DNA of 64,000 nucleotides, from NCBI GenBank assembly GCA_950097015.1, contig CATNEN010000038.1, forward strand, positions 930,001 to 994,000, given 5' to 3'. This document shows positions 48,787-59,400 of this stretch, one piece after another (position 1 is the first letter of the stretch; each line of letters opens with the position of its first letter). The position numbers were made by a program, and so were the translations under genes. This stretch comes from Macrostomum hystrix. Taxonomy: Eukaryota; Animalia; Platyhelminthes. The notes below the pieces were generated by a model that was given only the letters and a program-made list of their open reading frames with translations, was not told where the DNA came from and did no database searches.

Positions 48787-49555
48787 CCACCAGATCTGTT
48801 TATGCTGTGACCATCTCCGCATGCTGTGACCATCTCCGCATGCTGTGACCATCTCCGCATGCTGTGACCACCAGATCTGTTCATGCTGTGACCATCTCCG
48901 CATGCTGTGACCACCAGATCTGTTCATGCTGTGACCATCTCCGCATGCTGTGACCACCAGATCTGTTCATGCTGTGACCATCTCCGCATGCTGTGACCAC
49001 CAGATCTGTTCATGCTGTGACCATCTCCGCATGCTGTGACCATCTCCGCATGCTGTGACCACCAGATCTGTTCATGCTGTGACCATCTCCGCATGCTGTG
49101 ACCACCAGATCTGTTCATGCTGTGACCATCTCCGCATGCTGTGACCACCAGATCTGTTCATGCTGTGACCATCTCCGCATGCTGTGACCACCAGATCTGT
49201 TCATGCTGTGACCATCTCCGCATGCTGTGACCATCTCCGCATGCTGTGACCATCTCCGCATGCTGTGACCATCTCCGCATGCTGTGACCATCTCCGCATG
49301 CTGTGACCATCTCCGCATGCTGTGACCATCTCCGCATGCTGTGACCACCAGATCTGTTCATGCAGTGACCATCTCCGCATGCTGTGACCACCAGATCTGT
49401 TCATGCTGTGACCATCTCCGCATGCTGTGACCACCAGATCTGTTCATGCTGTGACCATCTCCGCATGCTGTGACCACCAGATCTGTTCATGCTGTGACCA
49501 TCTCCGCATGCTGTGACCATCTCCGCATGCTGTGACCACCAGATCTGATCATGTG
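48777..49555. repeat. Composite 19-bp/24-bp tandem array beginning at the presenilin stop codon
   Basis: Units catgctgtgaccatctccg and catgctgtgaccaccagatctgtt interspersed. Confidence 0.95.
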
Positions 49556-49939
49556 ACTGCATGCTTATCGTGTGACGAAAACATGAGTATCCGTTTATTG
49601 CTTACTGTGATCTGTTTAATTGAATACATATATTCGACCACTGATGCTGCAATATACTCAAGAATGTTTCAAGAATGTCCGAAATACGTTAATATCACAC
49701 CATAGACCTGCATTTGTATTTTTAATTGTAAGATATATCCAGCTACGAGCGTATATTGGTCCTTAAACTTTGCTACCAAGAAGCTCTTGGCACGATTTTA
49801 CAGCGCCTGAAACGATAGTGACGCGGCTTCGAAAAATAATTTTTTCAAGATACTTTTAAATCTACCAGTTGTTAAACTGCATATTAATATGAATATCACA
49901 GTCCTTGGGCAGGTTGTGAAGGGTTGCGTACTAAGTCTG

Positions 49940-50222
49940 AATAGCCTTGTGGTCAGAGCGTCGGACTCACGGTTTGAAGGTCAGGGGCTCGTTCCGAGTC
50001 TACTGGAATAAATTTGTGTCCTTTAGCAAGACACTTAACTCTGCATTGCTTCAGTTCACCCAGCTGTTATATTGGGTACCAGCATTAGCTGAGGTCATTG
50101 ACCGTGGCTGTGGCGTTCCTCCAGTCCATGGACTGAACTGCCGTACGCAGCCTTCAGATGCGCCGCGCAATAGCTGCGGCTGTGCTGTCGGCTACACATC
50201 TGGTCCAATTGGGGCAGGTGTA
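49940..50222 (+). mobile_element. SINE family 2, near full-length (tRNA head plus CORE-like body)
   Basis: tagccttgtggtcagagcgtcggactcacg head; tgtgtcctttagcaagacacttaactct...cacccagctg resembles the CORE-SINE central domain. Confidence 0.75.
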
Positions 50223-50746
50223 ATCAATTTGTTAATTATTAACTATTAAATATGAAATGATATAGAAAAGTAGCCTTTTGATTCAGGAACTGTACATACA
50301 CATGTTCTAAATGGCATTCCTTCCAGGGAAGTACGGGGGTTGTGTGTGCAGGAGAGTTCGTTTTGTGTGCACGCAGGTCTAGCCAGCCATGCGTCCAAAA
50401 CTTGTCTTTCTCCATTTTTCTCTTCTTGCTAGGCTTGAAACGGCAAATATTTGTGCAGCAATATTCTGCCCCTTATGAAAATGTGTTCCGGTGTTAATGC
50501 ACACGCCCAGTGACAAGCTGCTATTTCGTTGAGGGTTAGGGTTTGAGGGTGAAACGTCTACCCACCGGGTACGCATCGCGGCTTCACGAGCTTGCAAATT
50601 TTGTTTCTGGTGGTAAAAGCTTGAGACTTTGCAACTGCGCAAAATTTTTTATATAGCGTGAAATTACCCTGTAAGATTAAAGATTATTTACCAGATCAAA
50701 AGAAACTATAGATACTCGAAGCCCGGTCACTAGCAACTGAAACAGC

Positions 50747-53299
50747 ATGCTGCCCTCTTACTCTTCCGTTGTGAATCAGCAAGAAGAGGAGAATCAGCGC
50801 AATCAGCAGCAACAGCAGCAGCAGCACATTGTTGAGGAGCCAACAGAAGATCGAAATCTGGATACTGAACAGCAGCAGCCGCCCACATTTAGGCAAACTT
50901 ACGAGGGCCTGCATCAGCAGCAGCAGAGTTACACTCGCTCACTGCGTCTGCAGCAGCAGCAGCAGGTAACCCCGCAGTCAATTCGCGAAGGCCAGTTGGA
51001 GATGAACCTGGCTTTTCTGCAGAGTCCAGCCGGTGGCCTCCTTGCTGCCAACACCATCCTTGGCCTCGTGCTCGCGATCTGCGGCTCTGTGCCGCTGTGG
51101 AGTCAGACAAACGGCGGCAGCTTCTGCGTGTTCTCCGGCCTCGTGCACTTCGCCGGAGCCAGCTTCTTGTTCTTCGCCTACCTGTTCGGCTACGTGGATG
51201 TCATGCCCTGGTTCGCCAGGCCACTGGTGAGTCGTCGTCAGTTTTGGGTGTACTCTTGAATCGGATACCATTGCCTAGGAATTTACAAACGTCATGTGAC
51301 ACTTACTGCTGTACAGTCTTCTTCGTCTTATTGATCATCTTGATCTTCGTGGTCTTCGTGGTCTTCGTGGTCTTCGTGGTCTTCTGAGTCTTCTTGGCCT
51401 TTTGAGTCTTCGTGGTCTTCGTGGTCTTTTGAGTCTTCTTCTTCTTCTTCTTCTTCTTCTCTTCGGTCATCGTCGTTATTATGTCTTCGTCGTTTTCAAG
51501 GTCTTCTGAGTCTTCGTAGTCTTCGTGGTCTTCGTGGTCTTCGTGGTCTTCGTGGTCTTCGTGGTCTTCGTGGTCTTCGTGGTCTTCGTCGTTTTCAAGG
51601 TCTTTTGAGTCTTCGTGGTCTTCGTGGTCTTCGTGGTCTTCGTCGTTTTCAAGGTCTTCTGAGTCTTCGTAGTCTTCGTGGTCTTCGTGGTCTTCGTGGT
51701 CTTCGTGGTCTTCGTGGTCTTCGTGGTCTTCGTGGTCTTCGTAGTCTTCTTGGTCTTCGTGGTCTTCGTGGTCTTCGTGGTCTTCGTCGTTTTCAAGGTC
51801 TTTTGAGTCTTCGTGGTCTTCGTGGTCTTCGTCGTTTTCAAGGTCTTCTGAGTCTTCGTAGTCTTCGTGGTCTTCGTGGTCTTCGTGGTCTTCGTGGTCT
51901 TCGTGGTCTTCGTGGTCTTCGTGGTCTTCGTGGTCTTCGTGGTCTTCGTAGTCTTCTTGGTCTTCGTGGTCTTCGTGGTCTTCGTGGTCTTTGTGGTCTT
52001 CGTCGTTTTCAAGGTATTCGTGGTCTTCGTGGTCTTCGTGGTCTTTGTGGTCTTCGTGGTCTTCGTAGTCTTCGTGGTCTTCGTGGTCTTCGTGGTCTTC
52101 GTGGTCTTCGTGGTCTTCGTGGTCTGGTAAAAATAGTTCAATCAAAGAAATAACGCTAACGATGAATCATTAATGCGGGCAAGCGCTTACCCCTTGATTT
52201 CCTCCTAGATGAGTCCTTATTCTGTTCTTTATGTTTCCTGGTCTTCCAGTCGACCGCTCCGAGTCAAAATTACAAAGTAAAAAAAAAATTTAGGATAAAA
52301 CTGGTTTAGGACTGGGTGTTTAGGTCATGCCTGTTTGCACAGCGAGGTCAAACTTGATTTTTCGGCTGCATTTCAGGTGAACATTAACCATTATTTCTAA
52401 AAATAGCCTATGAGTCATCAAAGTAAAAACAAATAAATCAAAGTAAAGTAACATTACCTAAAGTAGCTCGTTGGACATGTTGTATATTTTACTACTCTCT
52501 ACACTCAACTTGTGTGCTTAAAATATAGGCAGGTTCGGCACCCCACTTTACCGCAGGCTCTGTACTATTATCTACTCAGCGCTGGCTTCAGCCTCATCGC
52601 CTTCGTATTCTCGGCCAGCACCGGCAACGGCCTCCTGCCTGCCGGCATCGCCGCCGCTGTGAGCTGCTGATTTGTTTAAATAAATCGGCTGATGCGGACT
52701 GCATTCTGACCATTCCGCTGGCCCTGAGCACCCTGAGTTGCATGCATACATATGCTCATAGTCAGGCACTGTACACTCTAACTGTGCCTTGGATGTTAAA
52801 TTCCACAAGCCGTCTGTCCGCGCCTGCGCCCCAAAATGAACGCGGCTTCGCCGTAGATTCGGGACGTTAGGGCCACTGGTCCTCCACTCAGCACCAATGA
52901 TTTATTGATTGATCCATTTTTTTGGGGGGTCAGTGGCAGAGCGGTTAACGCTTTTACCTCTCGCACCAAGGTCCCTGAGCTCGATTCCGTGGCGAGGCCA
53001 CATTCGTTTGGGGCTCAGCCGCGGAGAGAAGGCTTGGGGGCTTGTCGTGCAATTTACGCCCTTAAGGGCCAACCTTCAAAGCACTGTGAAAGTGTACACT
53101 GGCTGACGATGAGAAAGTCAGGGCAGATGTACACACCCTGTGTGAGCGTGTGCCTGCGTACAGTATCTGTGTGCGTGTGTGCTCAGGAGTCAGCGAAATG
53201 TACAGAATTGCCTCCTCGCTGGCTGCGGGTCTAGTGTCATCAAATGGTGTGTCATTGCCCGCAGCCCAGGTGTAATTATTAGTAGTATTTATATTTTTT

Positions 53300-53334
<35 letters not shown>

Positions 53335-53374
53335 CGATTTATTGATTGATTGATTGATTGATTAACCGATTGAT

Positions 53375-53407
<33 letters not shown>

Positions 53408-53609
53408 CCCTGGTTAATGGGTTGATCTAATATTTTTTATGTTTAATCTAAAATTATACTTGCAGCTTAGAGACCTCATTTATTTCCTTCCTCAGGTATT
53501 TTCATTCCTGGCCTTAGCAGTGGACATTGTGCTAATTGTTCTCAGCTACATGGCACTAAAGCTTGGCTACAGGGTGGTCCAATCCGACCAGGAGGCTTTG
53601 GTGACCTGA
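50747..53609 (+). CDS. MARVEL-domain (CMTM/plasmolipin-like) four-TM protein; exons 50747-51226, 52557-52658, 53496-53609
   Basis: Gln-rich N-terminus, then MNLAFLQSPAGGLLAANTILGLV (MARVEL TM1 pattern); phase-0 GT-AG introns give four hydrophobic helices, with GIAAA|VFSFLAL in TM4. Confidence 0.8.
51340..52123. repeat. 9-bp (tcttcgtgg)n array with higher-order variants, in MARVEL intron 1
   Basis: Directly visible; produces spurious DHE/TKT ORFs. Confidence 0.95.
52925..53270 (+). mobile_element. SINE family 1, most complete copy
   Basis: A box gtggcagagcgg, B-box-like gctcgattcc, body and AT-rich tail. Confidence 0.8.
53302..53407. repeat. (GATT)n microsatellite
   Basis: Directly visible. 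Confidence 0.95.
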
Positions 53610-53759
53610 GCAGTGTTTGTGCATAATTTGAAAGCGTGTTTGCGTAGAAATGTTTCTCTGCGCAACTGACATTGTGACATGTCTAACGCAACAACCTTGT
53701 ACCTGAGACTGAGAGTTTAAGATGCGGCAATATTTATTCTCTACAAACAATTGAAAAAG

Positions 53760-54715
53760 CTGCGAGGCAGTTGGGTCAGATGTGAGGCAGTTGGGTCAGA
53801 TGTGAGGCAGTTGGGTCAGATGTGAGGCAGTTGGGTCAGATGTGAGGCAGTTGGGTCAGATGTGAGGCAGTTGGGTCAGATGTGAGGCAGTTGGGTCAGA
53901 TGTGAGGCAGTTGGGGGGTCAGATGTGAGGCAGTTGGGTCAGATGTGAGGCAGCTGGGTCAGATGTGAGGCAGTTGGGTCAGTGTGGGACAGTTGGGTCA
54001 GATGTGAGGCAGTTGGGTCAGATGTGAGGCAGTTGGGTCAGATGTGAGGCAGTTGGGTCAGATGTGAGGCAGTTGGGTCAGATGTGAGGCAGTTGGGTCA
54101 GATGTGGGGCAGTTGGGTCAGATGTGAGGCAGTTGGGTCAGATGTGGGACAGTTGGGTCAGATGTGGGACAGTTGGGTCAGATGTGAGGCAGTTGGGTCA
54201 GATGTGGGGCAGTTGGGTCAGATGTGAGGCAGTTGGGTCAGATGTGGGACAGTTGGGTCAGATGTGAGGCAGTTGGGTCAGTGTGGGACAGTTGGGTCAG
54301 ATGTGAGGCAGTTGGGTCAGATGTGGGACAGTTCGGTCAGATGTGAGGCAGTTGGGTCAGATGTGAGGCAGTTGGGTCAGATGTGAGGCAGTTGGGTCAG
54401 ATGTGAGGCAGTTGGGTCAGATGTGAGGCAGTTGGGTCAGATGTGGGGCAGTTGGGTCAGATGTGAGGCAGTTGGGTCAGATGTGAGGCAGTTGGGTCAG
54501 ATGTGAGGCAGTTGGGTCAGATGTGAGGCAGTTGGGTCAGATGTGAGGCAGTTGGGTCAGATGTGAGGCAGTTGGGTCAGATGTGAGGCAGTTGGGTCAG
54601 ATGTGAGGCAGTTAGATCAGATGTGAAGCAATTGGGTCAGATGTGAGGCAGTTCGGTCAGATGTGAGGCAGTTGGGTCAGATGTGGGACAGTTGGGTCAG
54701 ATATGTGGCAGTTGG
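53760..54715. repeat. 20-bp tandem repeat, ~47 copies
   Basis: gatgtgaggcagttgggtca. Confidence 0.97.
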
Positions 54716-56432
54716 ATTACTGGTTTGTTTTCTGCACTCCAGACTCCGGATGCCTGAAGCATTCAAATTGTTTTTTTCTAAGATGAATTCTAAGTTGTTA
54801 TCCTGTCCCGCTCCTTCAGTTTTCTACGTGTTTTTTGCCTTGCCATAAAATAGTTATCACGTGTCACACACACATTCTCGTTCAACTTTTCAAACTTAGG
54901 TTTTCCCACTTTTGTATTATTCTGAAGCGATTCGCTAAGCGCTACTTTAAGTAGTAGAAATATTCGAAAAGTTTAAATTTCTCTTTTGCCTTTTCATAGC
55001 AACCAGTATTATCATCAGTACTATAATGTTTTGTATTAATTGTTAGCAGTATGACCTGGGTCTGCGCGAAGACTCAGAAAAAACAGAGTTTTTCTTAGCT
55101 CAAATTTATTGCCGTATCTTGTATGCCTTTGAATTTCACAACAAAAACATGGCCCTACAAAGTTTCTGTTGTGTGTGAAACTTTAAACCCATTTTGGCAT
55201 GTACTAAGCCTTCAATAAAATGTTATAATACTCGATCACATTCGGCATTTTACATAACTTATTAATTGGGGTGTAAATATTGTGACAGAACTATGGACCT
55301 GTCAGTCTCAACTGGCGCGAATCGATAATTAGATAATTAGAAGATGGACTCAGCACTGTCACTACCTGCAGGGGGTCCCAGAGCAGGTTCATTGCTACGA
55401 GGTGACTGGTGTTTATTCCCGCCTAACACCGCTAGCACAGTTCAGGACTTAACAGCGGGACACAATGCACCAGTGCCGAGGTATATTTGCTCACCCATCA
55501 AAGCCCGTTCAGCAATCAAGTAATGACAGCCTGCCAGCAGCGTATCGGCATTCGCAAATTAATCAGAGAAGCCCAACGGCAGTGTCTGGGGATTTTATCT
55601 GGGGATTTTATCTGGGGATTGACCAGACCTTCACAGTGCGTTATATAATTTTTACAGGAATGTACTTTCACTTTTATACTTTACCTAGAATTTAAGTTAC
55701 GTGAAATTGGAATCTGCAGGCAGTAAATTAAAATCTTAAATGGGTGTTTGATAATGGGGAATGGGACCTGACAGCTGCGACACACCTGCTGTTGCTCAGA
55801 CTGTCATTCGTACCCCCATCGGTGCTTGTAAGAGTTTTAAGCCAGAGATTTTTTTACGGGCCTTCATCTGAGTCTGAACTGTTCTTCTGCAATCCAAGTG
55901 AATTTGGTGCACAATTATGAAATTCCACTAAAAACTTCACTTTGGCACGAAGCAGCGAGAGGGGTGTCTCAAGTCTCAGGTGCGAATAAAAGTAACTGCG
56001 AGCTGCTGCAAGATGGTGAGAGAAAAATAAGAAAACAGTAATAAGGGGCCAGTTCACAATGGGACCCCGCATGCAGGTCTGTCGCCTTTAGATCGCGCCA
56101 TCCCTCAGACAGAGTGACGCCTCGGGGCCCACTGGGCGACTCTCATTGGCTGGCAGCCCACCCCACTCCAGGCCTTCCCCCCACGCCCAGCAGATAGAGA
56201 TGGAACAGCCGGGGCTGCCAGCGCCCTGCTAAGCCTCGGATTCGACTGCCGCGCACGACCGAATCTTTGCCAAAGTTTCCTTTTGTTGCCAAGGCTTTCT
56301 AAATTCTCGTTGGAATTTGTCTGACAGTTTTTGCTATTTTAGCGATTCGAGCCCAGCGTTGGTTGCGAAGCTCAGCTTCCAGTAGAAGAGACAAACGAAA
56401 CGGAGCTCTTCTCACGACCAAGAGATCAACTG

Positions 56433-59400
56433 ATGGGGCGTTTCCTGACGGCGCTTGGGAACGCACCGCTGCTGCTGCTGCTGCTGCTGCTGCTGATCGC
56501 TCAGCAGTGCAGCTCGGTTGCCACCAGCACCGACGGAGATGGCTACAGCTACTACGCTGACAACATCGCTTACCTGAACAACCTGTGCTACCACCGCAAC
56601 GGCCGAGCGAAATTCTGCCAGCCGCAGTTTGAAAACCTGGCCGTCAACAAGCGCGTCGAGGCCAGCAGCACCTGCGGCGCCACGCCTGTCCGGGTCTGCC
56701 GCCGCGAAGGCTCCGGGCACCACTGCGAGCTCTGCGACTCGTCTCAACCGAAGCTCAGCCACCCAGCCAGCCACCTGACTGATTATCACCTGCACGGCAG
56801 CTGCTGGGTCTCCGAGCCGCTGCGGCCCAACCTGACCTCGGTGAACCTCACCATCAGCTTCCACAAGAAACACACCGTCTATTACATGAGCATCACCGGC
56901 TGCGGGGTCCAGCTGCCAGACGCCATCGAGGTGTTCAAGTCCGCCGACTACGGCGCCACCTGGCAGCTGTGGCACCTGTTCTCCAACAACTGCACGCGAG
57001 ACTACGGCAAGCGGGGCTATTCTTACCAGTTCCGCGAGATCATCCAGGCCAAGGAGGTCATCTGCAGCGACATCAACCTCATCACCAACATCAACGACCT
57101 GAACGGAGGCCAGCTGCAGCAGCCGGTGCTGAGTTTCAGCACCAATTTCAACCGGTACTCAACCAACGGCAACTACGAGAAGGACCCCGTCATCATCGAC
57201 TGGATGCTCGCCACCGACATGCGTCTGGTGCTTCGCCGCCATCCGTTCAAGAACGGCTCGGTGTTTGCCCAGCCATTCGCCTTCTCCAACCTGGACATTG
57301 GCGGCAGGTGCTTCTGCAACGGGCACGCCAGCAGGTGCGTCTCCAGGCCTGGTGGCGGCGTCGGCCAAACCTGCGAATGCGCTCACGGCACTGAGGGCGA
57401 CGACTGCGAGAGGTGCAAGCAGTTCTGGGTGGACCTGCCTTGGCGCAGGGGAACTCTGTCGGATCCGTCCGAGTGCAAGCGTGAGTGTCCATGGACAGTA
57501 TTTTCCTATGCCAATTAGGGTCAGGCCTTAGAAACCGAAGATAGTGAATGGGTCAGGCCTCAGAAACCGAAAATAGTGAATGGGTCAGGCCTCAGAAAAA
57601 GAAAATGGTGAATGGATCAGGCCTCAGAAAAGAAGATATTGAATGGGTCAAGCCTCAGAAACCGAAGATAGTCAATGGGTCAGGCCTTAGAAACCGAAGA
57701 TAGTCACTGGGTCAGGCCTTAGAAACCGAAGATAGTCACTGGGTCAGGCCTTAGAAACCGAAGATAGTCACTGGGTCAGGCCTTAGAAACCGAAGATAGT
57801 CACTGGGTCAGGCCTTAGAAACCGAAGATAGTCAATGGGTCAGGCCTTAGAAACCGATGATAGTCACTGGGTCAGGCCTTAGAAACAAAAAAGAATTTAA
57901 ACCATTGATAACAGTACAAGCTATAGAACCGACGTGGACGAGATGTCATGTTCCTTGGAATTTGGTCACTTCAAAAATGTATTCGTAGAGAGATCGAAAA
58001 CTTGAAAGATTTGAAGGCCGTGTGTCAGTCCTGATCTCAGCTAAATATTTTGTCTTTCTCTAACAATGAACATGTTTATTGTTTGCTTTGCATAACAGCT
58101 CGCAGTCGCTTGGAATGGCTTGATATTTAATTTTTTTACTCATATATGCGCAATACCAGATAAAAATTCAGACAAATAGCTCAACCAGGTAGAGGACAGA
58201 GCACTTGATTTTTCCTCACCTGTGCTCGCTCATGCGGCCTGATTGGTCATTTGTCCGCCCTGGGCCAGCGGCTCGGAATGTGCTCAAGCATCTCATGAGC
58301 ATATCCCGTGCGGTGCTTTTTAACGAAGCGAACGTGACATCTCAGCGGTAGTTATTTTAAGGAGGCCGCCTTACTGCACTTGGATGTTCCGAGAACCCCA
58401 CTAACTAAACAGCCAGAGCCTGAGAAACTGTGAGGAGAAAAATCTTGAACTTGTTTTTTGGGTTTGCCCAGGGACCGAAGTGTCATTGACCCTGAAATGC
58501 AAAAGTAGGTAAAACTCTCAACTTCGGTGGAAGAGTAAAGATTTTATTCGGGATTCTTGGATTCTTGATTTCCCGCTGTGTGCCATAATCATATTGCCAA
58601 ACTATTAACACGCTTGTTAGCGCTTGCTGATTAGTTAGTTTAGTTTCATTATTTAGTTTCATAACATTTTCAAAGCCTTGCTAACAGCCTACCGCCACTT
58701 AACCCAAACGCAGCATGTAACTGTAACCTGCACAGCCAGCGGTGCAGCTTTGATCAGGCACTGTACACAGCAGCCTCGGGAGCTAGTCCAGGTGGGGGCA
58801 GGTGCCAGCAGTGCGAGCACAATACGGCTGGAGCCCACTGTGAGACCTGCTCACCTGGCTATTATCGCGACCTCACCAAGGAAATGACCAGTCCGAAAGC
58901 GTGCCAAGGTAAATAAAATTGGGATTCTAATTCAATTATCCCCCTTTTTAACCCGTGTTCGCGTCGACAAAGGCTGCGACTGCCACTCGCACACGGATCG
59001 CTGCTACTTTGACGCCACCGTCTATCAGAACAGCGGCGCAACCGGCGAGGGCAGCGGCGGAGTCTGCCTCGGCTGCCGACACAACACGGCCGGCAGGCAG
59101 TGCAACGAGTGCCGCCCTGGCTACCACCGAAACCGCAATGCCCTCCCCGACAGTCCCAGAGCTTGCACTCGTGAGTGACCCCTCCACTGGCCCTTCTATC
59201 CCCGGTGAAAATCGGTCAAATCTAACAGAAGTTACCTGTGTTTTCTGAAATTAATGCCTCATTTTTCTAATTGTCCAACCTAGAGAGCTCTATGTTTATT
59301 AAATTACCTGTCTATAATAAATTATCTAAAAGGAGAATGATAAGATAAGAGAGGCGGAGAATTTGAAACTCAAAGCCCGCCGCCAACCACCGCCACCAAT

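Noticed and set aside
51303-52153. Long ORFs (DHE-, TKT-, LRG-, VFV-repeat proteins)
   Set aside because: Artefacts of a stop-free 9-bp repeat inside an intron
55066-55112. Partial resemblance (gcgaagactca ... aatttattgc) to a flatworm spliced-leader sequence as I recall it
   Set aside because: Two short matches split by ~26 nt, no terminal ATG and no Sm site; reference recalled from memory only; compatible with chance
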